A stretch of 64,000 nucleotides of DNA from an uncultured Flavobacteriales bacterium (lineage in GTDB: Bacteria; Bacteroidota; Bacteroidia; Flavobacteriales_D; Crocinitomicaceae), in NCBI GenBank assembly GCA_963925035.1, contig CAWUSK010000001.1, forward strand, positions 7,245-71,244, in the 5' to 3' direction. The notes beneath the pieces were generated by a model. The model was not told the DNA's origin. It ran no database searches and saw only the letters and a program-made list of their open reading frames with translations. The position numbers and the translations under genes are program-made. The stretch's first letter is position 1. Each line of letters opens with the position of its first letter. Shown here in pieces: positions 48,887 to 56,528 of the stretch.

Positions 48887-49957
48887 TTATAGTATTCTTT
48901 TTTCAATGTAATTTGAATTCATTGCTCTCAAAATTCCCATGTAGTCCAAACCAAACTCAATTAAATCTCCAACCTTATAATTTTGTTTATTGACCCCTAA
49001 ATCAATCACCAACATGTCTGATGAAGCCCCAACGATTTCCAAATCCGTGTCCTTCAATTTAATATGGGCTTCTTCCATATCTAATAAACCAATGTCAATT
49101 ATTGCACGGTAAGAGAGCTCCGATTGATCTGTTGACTCAAATGAAAGTGTTTCGCCCATCAAGTTTTGCCCCAATTCGCCCATCGGGTTTGCTGGTTTTT
49201 CTGTTAACTCAATGATTTCTGCATGCAATTGAAACACATCGTTTTCCATGTGTTCGAATGTGGTGTTGTTGTAAACATCTGTTCCTAAGTACAATGTTTC
49301 ACCGATTCTAAAGTGATTAATTCCTTTCGGTAACAGTCCTTGAACAATAAGTGGGATTGTTACGGATGATCCTCCAGAAACGTATTCAATTTCTCTGTTG
49401 AATTTAGCTTCAATCAATTGCTCGTATAAACACAATTGGATTAGTTTATCATGACTCGGTAGAACTCCATACATGCAAGTAAGGTTCGTTCCTAGTCCAA
49501 TCACCGAAATATTTGGAAGTTTAAATACATCCTTATAAAACCTTAAAAGTTCTTCTCTCAAAACACCTTCTCGGAGTTCGCCAAGCTCAATCATTATTAG
49601 GATTTTATGCGTTTTATTTTGACGTTTTGCTTCCGCCGATAGCATTTTAATGGTTTCAATTTCTGTATTAAAACTAATATCAGCATGTTTTACAATTGCT
49701 TCGATTGATTGTTTTGCGGGTGGTTTAATGTAAATTGTCTCTACTTCTTCAGAAATCGATTTTATCATTTCAAGATTTGAAACACGGGAATCACACAATT
49801 GTTTTACACCAAGTTTTATTAGCTCTCCCAGAAAAAGTTTATTCCCACACAGCATTTTTGAAACGACTGCCCATTCAATCCCTTTTCCAGAAAGCATCTC
49901 ATCCAAAAATTGATAATTGCGATTTAATTTTTCGGTGTTTAAAGTAATAAAGGCCAT
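48887..49957 (-). CDS. alanine/ornithine racemase family PLP-dependent enzyme (YhfX/Orr-like)
   Basis: 356 aa. N-terminal TIM-barrel with the PLP lysine context WAVVSKMLCG. The size and C-terminal beta domain fit the alanine racemase fold. Confidence 0.7.
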   Translation of the reverse strand: MAFITLNTEKLNRNYQFLDEMLSGKGIEWAVVSKMLCGNKLFLGELIKLGVKQLCDSRVSNLEMIKSISEEVETIYIKPPAKQSIEAIVKHADISFNTEIETIKMLSAEAKRQNKTHKILIMIELGELREGVLREELLRFYKDVFKLPNISVIGLGTNLTCMYGVLPSHDKLIQLCLYEQLIEAKFNREIEYVSGGSSVTIPLIVQGLLPKGINHFRIGETLYLGTDVYNNTTFEHMENDVFQLHAEIIELTEKPANPMGELGQNLMGETLSFESTDQSELSYRAIIDIGLLDMEEAHIKLKDTDLEIVGASSDMLVIDLGVNKQNYKVGDLIEFGLDYMGILRAMNSNYIEKRIL

Positions 49958-50403
49958 TATTTCTGACGTTTTAAACGCATTTCTAAATACGGATTGGTAA
50001 AATTAAATTTTTCATAGAGTTTTTTGGCTGGATTATTAGCCTCTACATGCAATGCTATGTCACCTTTAGCATGCTGCGTAATCGTTTCCATTAATCGTTT
50101 TCCCAGGCCTTCTCCGCGGTGTTCGCTATGCGTTGCAATGTATACTAAGATGTTTTCAGGAATGTATCCACTCATTCCAGTAGCATTCACAACCGCTACC
50201 CCTATTATTTTATCTCCTTCAGAAATAATAGTTGTAAACCCACCAAAGGAAATCGTTTCTTTCAGCGAATAATTAATTGCCTTACCAATGTCAGTTTTAT
50301 CATCTCCATATTCTCCCAGATGAAGATGTAAGAAATTTATTATTTCGCCCTTTTCTATTTCGCTAAGTCGATTTATTGCTGTGTAAACTTTAATTTCTGG
50401 CAT
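49957..50403 (-). CDS. GNAT family N-acetyltransferase
   Basis: 148 aa with acetyl-CoA motif HRGEGLGKRLME. Its stop codon shares 1 nt with the racemase start codon. Confidence 0.8.
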   Translation of the reverse strand: MPEIKVYTAINRLSEIEKGEIINFLHLHLGEYGDDKTDIGKAINYSLKETISFGGFTTIISEGDKIIGVAVVNATGMSGYIPENILVYIATHSEHRGEGLGKRLMETITQHAKGDIALHVEANNPAKKLYEKFNFTNPYLEMRLKRQK

Positions 50404-50520
50404 AACTTTACTTTTTTACTACAGTATAACATACTAGGTGAGAATACCAAAGATTTGCATAAAACACTTTGTTTTAATATTTTTAAAAAACAAAATATAA
50501 CCACTTATAACTCTATCAAA

Positions 50521-50604
50521 ATGAAATTAACAACCTACTTATTTATTGTATTTGCCTTGGGAGGTTGTAGAGGAAGAAAGAAAGTTTATTTGACAAGACA
50601 ATAA
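50521..50604 (+). pseudogene. truncated lipoprotein gene fragment (signal peptide + lipobox only)
   Basis: Own translation MKLTTYLFIVFALGGCRGRKKVYLTRQ*. Lipobox ALGGC followed by only 11 residues, 30 nt upstream of the IS remnant. Confidence 0.45.
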
Positions 50605-50634
50605 AAGAAGCCAACAATAAAACTAAGGGGGTTT

Positions 50635-50974
50635 CATCATAACTCAGATCAAGATTCACAGTACACGAGCGAACTCTATATTGGGACGCTTCAAAAACAT
50701 GAAATACAAATTTCAATAAGAAAAAGCAATGCTTTTGAAGACCAAACGGTAGTGCAGGGATGGAAAAAGACGTGTGTTAGACAACGTCTACATTGAACGC
50801 TTCTGGCGATCATTAAAACAAGAGAAGATCTATCTTAACCCTCCGAATGGTGAAGTTGATTTGTTCAAAAAAGTAAAAGAATATGTGCATTTTTACAACA
50901 CAGAAAAAAGACATACAGAAATTGGAAGTGTTCCACCAGACGAACTGTTTTTTAATCAAAAAATGGTCGGGTGA
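50635..50974 (+). mobile_element. IS3-family transposase OrfB remnant (C-terminal DDE region, frameshifted)
   Basis: Frame 1 reads HHNSDQDSQYTSELYIGTLQKHEIQISI (the HSDxGxQYTS integrase-core motif) up to a stop at 50794. A +1-shifted frame (50774-50974) reads LDNVYIERFWRSLKQEKIY...YNTEKRHTEIG, the DN..ER.W..LK.E catalytic Glu region. OrfA and the N-terminal part of OrfB are not adjacent. Confidence 0.85.
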
Positions 50975-51071
50975 TACACCTTAGGAAATAAAAAAGTTGT
51001 CCGAAGGATGGGGGATACTATAAAACGAAGTTGAAAGTCTTCCTGAAAAATACAAACAAGAAGATTTACAC

Positions 51072-51281
51072 GTGTATGCAGATGACAAAACAAAATTAGG
51101 GGTTGGAGATAAAGTTAGAGTCACTGCAACGGATATTTACATTTCTACTAGATATTATAGTTTAGAAGGATATACTATCGAAAAGGTTGATGAAAAAAAT
51201 ATTGAGGAGGCTTCCAAAGATGCTGTTGCATTAACTAGTGCATTAATTCATGACACATCGGTACATGAAATCTACGGATAG
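51072..51281 (+). CDS. hypothetical ORF (69 aa, GTG start), possibly a fragment of a disrupted gene
   Basis: The frame is open from 51024 and has no ATG start. It ends at a TAG that is directly followed in frame by the ATG of the next ORF. Confidence 0.3.
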   Translation: MYADDKTKLGVGDKVRVTATDIYISTRYYSLEGYTIEKVDEKNIEEASKDAVALTSALIHDTSVHEIYG

Positions 51282-51674
51282 ATGGACGGAGTGCTTTCAA
51301 TTCCAAGTGTATTCTATACAATGAATGATTTCTTAGGGTTGAAAATCAAAACAAGTACCAACAAAGATTTTGAAACAGTTGATGTTCATATGGGACAGGG
51401 TCCGAGTGCTATGGGTGCACTTCCATCGAGCTACACACCAAAAGATTTGAAGGTGAGGGATTCAGATGGGGATTTAATTAGTACTGGAAAAAAGTGCGTA
51501 TTTGCGGAACTTGGCAACGTTACGGATTTGTTTATTCAACTGGTCTTGGTGGACAATTTAAAACAGAAGAAATCATTGTTTTATAGGGGTTCAAAACATA
51601 AAATTGTAAAGCCTCGACAGTTTCGTCGGGGCTTTTTTTATTCTTCTAGAAAACCAAATTTTCCGATATTGTAA
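51282..51674 (+). CDS. hypothetical ORF (130 aa), in frame with the preceding ORF
   Basis: Same reading frame as 51072-51281. Its last 22 codons read through a terminator hairpin and overlap the pirin gene 3' end. Confidence 0.35.
   Translation: MDGVLSIPSVFYTMNDFLGLKIKTSTNKDFETVDVHMGQGPSAMGALPSSYTPKDLKVRDSDGDLISTGKKCVFAELGNVTDLFIQLVLVDNLKQKKSLFYRGSKHKIVKPRQFRRGFFYSSRKPNFPIL
51608..51639 (+). terminator. rho-independent terminator
   Basis: Stem aaagcctcgac / gtcggggcttt (one G-U pair on the plus-strand RNA), 6-nt loop, and a T7 run at 51633-51639. Confidence 0.7.
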
Positions 51675-52516
51675 TCTTGAATTGCTTGCATTATTTCTTC
51701 TCTTGTATTCATTACAAAAGGACCTTGTGCTGCAATTGGCTCATCGATTGGTTCACCACTTATTACTAAAATTTTCGCGGCACCAACACCTTCAACGGTA
51801 AACGTTTCCCCGACATTACCCATCAGTACAAAGTGGTCTGACGGAGCAACTTCACTATTGTTCACTTTTACTTCTCCTTCAATCACTAACACCGCAGTAT
51901 TGTAATTACTTGGAAAGTTAAATATTGCAATTCCTCCATCGTTCAATTTTCCGTCTAACATTTGAACAGGCGAAAATGTACTTGCCGCTCCAGCTGTTCC
52001 CATAAACTCGCCAGCAATTACATTAATCGATCCTCCATTATTCGGCAAGTCAACTTTTTGAATATTATCTTTCGTTAACCCTTGGTATTTTGGTGGCGAC
52101 ATTTTATCCTTCGCGGGCAAGTTGACCCAAAGTTGCACCATTTGGAAGTTTCCACCTTCTTCACTGAATTTTTTTTCATGGTATTCTTTGTGCAATATTC
52201 CAGAAGCCGCTGTCATCCACTGCACTTCTCCTGGTTCTATTACCCCGCTATTCCCAGCACTATCGTGATGCGCAACCTTTCCTTGGTATGCAATAGTTAC
52301 AGTTTCAAATCCCCTATGTGGATGAACTCCAACTCCTCTAGGCGTATCCGTTGGCGGAAAATAAGTCGGTGCATTATAATCCATCATAATAAATGGGGAC
52401 ATGCGTTGCATGCTCAAATAATGTGAACTCGGAATGAAATTATGTACTTTAAATCCATCTCCTACAAAATGTGAAGGACGAGGTGGTATAACTAATTCTA
52501 TGTTTTTTGTACTCAT
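51638..52516 (-). CDS. pirin family protein (bicupin)
   Basis: 292 aa with HPHRGFETVTIAYQGKVAHHDS metal-binding cupin motif and overall pirin layout. Confidence 0.92.
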   Translation of the reverse strand: MSTKNIELVIPPRPSHFVGDGFKVHNFIPSSHYLSMQRMSPFIMMDYNAPTYFPPTDTPRGVGVHPHRGFETVTIAYQGKVAHHDSAGNSGVIEPGEVQWMTAASGILHKEYHEKKFSEEGGNFQMVQLWVNLPAKDKMSPPKYQGLTKDNIQKVDLPNNGGSINVIAGEFMGTAGAASTFSPVQMLDGKLNDGGIAIFNFPSNYNTAVLVIEGEVKVNNSEVAPSDHFVLMGNVGETFTVEGVGAAKILVISGEPIDEPIAAQGPFVMNTREEIMQAIQDYNIGKFGFLEE

Positions 52517-52540
52517 AACATTTTGTTTTTAAATCTTGAA

Positions 52541-52548
52541 CAAAGTTA
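52541..52548 (-). promoter_or_regulatory. candidate -7 box (TAACTTTG on minus strand) for the pirin gene
   Basis: Exact TAnnTTTG match 24 nt upstream of the start at 52514-52516. Confidence 0.35.
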
Positions 52549-52738
52549 CGCTGAAGTTACATCTTTCACATTGGTCTTGCAACATAATTCTGGACACTAA
52601 GTTAAGTTACGCTGTTTGTTATTATTATGTTGTAACTCAAATTGACTGATAATTTTGTAATTCAACGCTGAACGTTTACATTTCCTGTTATAGCAAGTTT
52701 CTAACCATTTAAAAATTGCTGTTTTAGTTTATATTGTT

Positions 52739-53156
52739 TCATAAACCTATACTTCGAAAGCTTTGCTTTCTCTTCTTATCGCTCGCCGAGAAGATACTGA
52801 TCGTCTTTTTTAGGCTTTCAGTTTCCATTTTTGCTTCTCCAAGGGCTTTCTTAAGTTCTGCGATCTCTCGTTGCTCGTCGATCATTTTTACTTTTCTATG
52901 ACCAGGGAAGCTGTTTTTGTTATCGCTTCAACCTGTTAATCAAAGAGGATTTTACTCCTAACTCCCGAATCGATCATCAGCAGAACTCACCTCTTAAATT
53001 CAATTCCCATTCTTCAGGCTGCATCATCCAATAATTTCCTCCTTTTGACTCCTTTCATCCTTCCGGTATTTTGGTTGCCAACTTTTCTAAAGACTGCCCG
53101 AATGGAGCTTGAATCGTAACTAGCCCAAATAAAATTATTGGTAAATCTGTTTTCAT
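52739..53156 (-). mobile_element. IS3-family transposase OrfA remnant (HTH + leucine zipper, broken by frameshifts and stops)
   Basis: Own reverse-strand translation. 52927-52739 reads SDNKNSFPGHRKVKMIDEQREIAELKKALGEAKMETESLKKTISIFSASDKKRKQSFRSIGL*, an IS3 OrfA zipper. Another frame reads IRELGVKSSLINRLKR*, which is HTH-like. The track shows no ORF of 60 aa or more here. Confidence 0.75.
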
Positions 53157-53204
53157 TTGATTCTCACTTTCTTTTAAAACTACTTAACTATTAAATAATC
53201 TTCT

Positions 53205-53246
53205 CTTTAAAAGAAAAGTCACGCAAGAATTAAATTCATGCGGGAC
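53205..53246 (-). terminator. rho-independent terminator of the usp gene
   Basis: On the minus strand, gtcccgca..tgcgtgac stem (7 of 8 pairs, extended by an inner gaat/attc pairing) followed by ttttctttt, 24 nt downstream of the usp stop. Confidence 0.55.
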
Positions 53247-53269
53247 TTTATACTCTCTATATAAGCATT

Positions 53270-54091
53270 TTACCCGTTAAAATCTACAGACAATGTATTT
53301 ACTCCTTCTATTGGATTCATGATTAATGCAGGAATTTGAGCCTCATTTGTGAGAATAAACTCTTCATGATTAGCTGTTAAAACGCCAAGCACGTTGTTTT
53401 TGTTTAAATTCATTATTGCTATTAAATCTGCTTCAATTGCTATCGCGTGCTTAAGAACTTCGTTATTAAACCCACTACTTGGCAAAACAGTTGTTACAAC
53501 GTTAATTTCTCTTTCTGAAAAGTATTTTTCAGCAAACTTGATGTTTGCGAGTACTTGACGTTTTAAGAATTCATCCGTTTCTTCTGGAGTAACAATGTGT
53601 ACTTTTGATTTGAAATATTTTGCAAGATTTGCAACAATAGCCAACTTCTGCTTAGTTTCTTTATTTAAATCAAGAGGAACGATAATGTTTTCGTACCCAC
53701 TTTCTTTTGTCGTTTTTTCTTGAACAATGACAAATGGCACAGACGAGTGCGTGATTACCTTAAGTGCATTCATACCTGTCAAATGTTGCCAACCGTGCGT
53801 CCCATGAGTTCCCATGAAAATCAATTCAGCGTGATGTTCCGCAGCAAAGTCACCAATATCTTCAAAAATATTTCCTACTCGCACTGAAGGAACTATAGTT
53901 CCTTGTGAATCAAAAGTCTTAATAATTGCGTTCAATTTTTCTTCAGCAGACGCGATGTCTTTGTTCTTAGCTACCACATGTAGAAGGTAAATAGTTGCTC
54001 CTAAAGGATTTGCAGTAGCAATAGCGTGTTGAAGTGCTATATTCGCAACGTCCGTAAAGTCATGAGGGACAATAAAACTTTTAGTTTTCAT
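53270..54091 (-). CDS. universal stress protein, tandem UspA domains
   Basis: 273 aa with two Usp-like halves. ATP-binding-like motif MGTHGTHG in the first domain. Confidence 0.85.
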   Translation of the reverse strand: MKTKSFIVPHDFTDVANIALQHAIATANPLGATIYLLHVVAKNKDIASAEEKLNAIIKTFDSQGTIVPSVRVGNIFEDIGDFAAEHHAELIFMGTHGTHGWQHLTGMNALKVITHSSVPFVIVQEKTTKESGYENIIVPLDLNKETKQKLAIVANLAKYFKSKVHIVTPEETDEFLKRQVLANIKFAEKYFSEREINVVTTVLPSSGFNNEVLKHAIAIEADLIAIMNLNKNNVLGVLTANHEEFILTNEAQIPALIMNPIEGVNTLSVDFNG

Positions 54092-54122
54092 AATTTTGGT
54101 TTTGCAGGGTTGTTATATATCA

Positions 54123-54130
54123 CAAATATA
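54123..54130 (-). promoter_or_regulatory. candidate -7 box (TATATTTG on minus strand) for usp
   Basis: Exact TAnnTTTG match 31 nt upstream of the start at 54089-54091. Confidence 0.4.
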
Positions 54131-54170
54131 ACAATAATGGCATTTTATATCGCTATAAACTAGCACAAAT

Positions 54171-55121
54171 TCATGAATGTGTCAAATTATTTAGCCGTTT
54201 GTTTTTTCTCTTTACCATAGATTTCACAAAAGCGTTTAAAACCAATACGAGAACAATTATTAGTGCTCCAACATAAAACCGGGTATTTAAAACTTCATGC
54301 TCATTTAAAATAAAAATGGCTAGAATAAATGTATAAATTGGTTCTAAATTAATACTTAGGGCGACTGTATAGGCCCCAAGATGTTTTGCAACATCTACAA
54401 TTGCATAGAAAGCAAAGGCAGTGCAAAAAATACCCAGAAACAAAAGCCAGAAAACTGCAGCTCCATCAATTTCAAAAACGGCGCTATTCATTTTTCCTTG
54501 ATAAAGGATAATTAGTGTGAGTAAAATAAACGCTGCGAGCATTTCATAAAGGGTAATTTTTAATGGCGTCATAGTGTTGACAAGCTTGGCATTGTAAACT
54601 GCAAATAACGCAGCCAGAAAACCAGAAAGCAAACCATAAAATAAAGCCCTAATGTCTGTAGTTGTGAAATCTCCACAGACATAATAGATCCCAAAAATTA
54701 CAATTAAGCTAAGTCCAAATTCAATCCAAGAAAATGGCCGTTTCATAATCAAGGGCTCAAGCCATGAGACATGAAATGTTGCGGTTGAAAGACATAATAC
54801 CCCAAAGGAGGCAGTTGATAATTGTATCGACATATAAAATGTTAGCCAATGTAACCCTACAACAAATCCAACAATTGTTAATTGAAGGAACTCCTTTTTG
54901 GAGTTGAGTTTATAAGGCCGTTTACGAAAAATAATAAGGCCACCGATAACTATAAACGCGATCAATACTCTGTACCAAACAATATATAAAGAGTCTAAAG
55001 GAATAAGCTTCCCTAAAATACCAGTAAATCCCCACATGAAAATGATAATGTGAAGAAGGATATAGTGTTTTGTTTTTTCTCCCATAATAAAAAAGGCGGT
55101 TGAAATATCAACCGCCTTCAA
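54171..55121 (-). CDS. EamA/DMT family transporter
   Basis: 316 aa and about 10 hydrophobic helices in two repeats. The start may be the internal Met (MGEKTKHY). Confidence 0.8.
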   Translation of the reverse strand: MKAVDISTAFFIMGEKTKHYILLHIIIFMWGFTGILGKLIPLDSLYIVWYRVLIAFIVIGGLIIFRKRPYKLNSKKEFLQLTIVGFVVGLHWLTFYMSIQLSTASFGVLCLSTATFHVSWLEPLIMKRPFSWIEFGLSLIVIFGIYYVCGDFTTTDIRALFYGLLSGFLAALFAVYNAKLVNTMTPLKITLYEMLAAFILLTLIILYQGKMNSAVFEIDGAAVFWLLFLGIFCTAFAFYAIVDVAKHLGAYTVALSINLEPIYTFILAIFILNEHEVLNTRFYVGALIIVLVLVLNAFVKSMVKRKNKRLNNLTHS

Positions 55122-55140
55122 ATCTAATTATTCAAAAAAC

Positions 55141-56433
55141 TTATTTCATTTTTTTTAATAGCTTTTTACGATTTTCATCCAATTTTTTTTGACTTTCGTC
55201 CAGCTTCGAAAATGAACCGTTCAGCTTTTCTTGATCTTTCGCCACATCTTTACCTTTCTTAAGGTCTTTTTCGATGTCCTTTTGTTTGTCCTCAAGTTTT
55301 TTTCTGTCTTTGTCTATTTTTTTCTGTTCATCCTCAATTTTAGCCATTTCAGATTGAAATTTTTCAGCCTCCTTTGCTGCTTTTTCAGCTTCTTTTGCTA
55401 CCTTTTCAGCATCCTTCTGTGCTTTCTCAGCTTCCTTCTGTGCTTTCTCTATTTCCTTCGCTTCTTTTTCAGCTTCTTTTTTCTGAGCCTCTACCTCTTT
55501 TGCTGACTTTTCTGCTTCCTTTGCCTCTTTTTCAGCTTTATCTGTTTCGTCTTTAGCTGCGTTCTTAGCATCCTTAGCCGCTGCTTCTTTTTCCTTTGCT
55601 GCTTTTTCTGCTTCCTTTATTGCTTCCTCCTGCTCTTTTTGAGATTTACTTGCGTCTTTCTCAGCTTCTTTACTTTCTTTTTTTGCATCCTCTAGTTTTT
55701 GAGTGGATGTCGCTTGAGATTCTCTCAATTTAGCTTCTTCAGCTCTCTTTGCTGCGTCTGCTTCTCTAGCTTTTAAATCAGCCTCTAATTTTGCTTTTTG
55801 TTCTTCGGCTTTTAAGTCATTTGCCTTTTGCAACTCTTCGTTACTCAATTTAGCAGCGTCAATATCTTTCTGGCGAGCTTCGTTTGCTTTTGCATTCGCC
55901 TCATTTTCCTTCGCAATTCTATCTTTCTCAGCCTGCGATGTATTCTGTTTTTGAATCGCTTCTTCCTTTTGCTTTGCTGCATCCGCCGCTGCAGCCTTTT
56001 CCTTGTCAATTTGCGCCTGAGTTTTAGCAATAGAAGCTTCTGAACTTAGGGTGATCTCTTCTGCAGAATCTCCTTTTGCAGTCAAATTGAAACTATATGC
56101 TTTCGCATTTTCCAATTTAATATCCGCTAATTTATCTGTTTTATACAACGAGTGGTAAACTTCAATTGTCACTATTTGATCCCCATAAGTTGGAATCGAA
56201 ATAGAAACGGATCCACTTTCATTTGTTGTTCCGGCACCAATAACCGTTTTATCTGCTACAATCTTAACTAAAGCTCCTTTAACAACAGTACCGTTACTGT
56301 TTACTGTTATTGTAACGTCCACCCCAGCTTTTTGCTCTGAAACTGTACTTGAAACTATTGTTGGGTTTTCATTAAATGCGAAAGCACCTGTCGATGCTAA
56401 AATAACGGATACTAATATGTAAATTTTCTTCAT
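55141..56433 (-). CDS. secreted protein: N-terminal Ig-like (carboxypeptidase-regulatory-like) domain + ~300-aa Lys/Glu/Ala-rich coiled coil
   Basis: Signal peptide MKKIYILVSVILASTGAFA, then a beta-rich ~100-aa domain (GTVVKGALVKIVADKTVIGAGTTNESGSVSISIP), then a continuous KEAEKAAKE-type low-complexity helix to the C-terminus. Confidence 0.7.
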   Translation of the reverse strand: MKKIYILVSVILASTGAFAFNENPTIVSSTVSEQKAGVDVTITVNSNGTVVKGALVKIVADKTVIGAGTTNESGSVSISIPTYGDQIVTIEVYHSLYKTDKLADIKLENAKAYSFNLTAKGDSAEEITLSSEASIAKTQAQIDKEKAAAADAAKQKEEAIQKQNTSQAEKDRIAKENEANAKANEARQKDIDAAKLSNEELQKANDLKAEEQKAKLEADLKAREADAAKRAEEAKLRESQATSTQKLEDAKKESKEAEKDASKSQKEQEEAIKEAEKAAKEKEAAAKDAKNAAKDETDKAEKEAKEAEKSAKEVEAQKKEAEKEAKEIEKAQKEAEKAQKDAEKVAKEAEKAAKEAEKFQSEMAKIEDEQKKIDKDRKKLEDKQKDIEKDLKKGKDVAKDQEKLNGSFSKLDESQKKLDENRKKLLKKMK

Positions 56434-56528
56434 TTCAATTTTTTTATAGATCTATAAATATACAACTTTCTAGGATTACTTTGAAGTTTTGGCAAAAACT
56501 ATTCCAATATTTCCACTACTTTTATACT

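Noticed and set aside
50404-50520. Searched for a tRNA or other IS or integrase target next to the IS remnant
   Set aside because: No cloverleaf-compatible sequence or conserved tRNA boxes are visible. The region is AT-rich spacer.
52517-53269. 753-bp stretch with no ORF of 60 aa or more, considered as a possible large ncRNA locus
   Set aside because: Reverse-strand translation shows decayed IS3 OrfA sequence (HTH and leucine zipper). The rest is explained by the usp terminator and the pirin promoter region.
55141-56000. Periodic DNA repeats considered as a possible CRISPR or other non-coding array
   Set aside because: The periodicity is 21 bp (a heptad), degenerate and fully in frame within a long ORF. 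There is no repeat-spacer structure and no cas genes.
55231-56043. Several 60-91-aa ORFs on both strands inside the Lys/Glu/Ala-rich gene
   Set aside because: They are alternative frames of a low-complexity GAA/GCT-rich repeat (poly Phe/Leu/Ser or Arg/Lys products). Only the frame with the signal peptide and the Ig-like domain makes biological sense.
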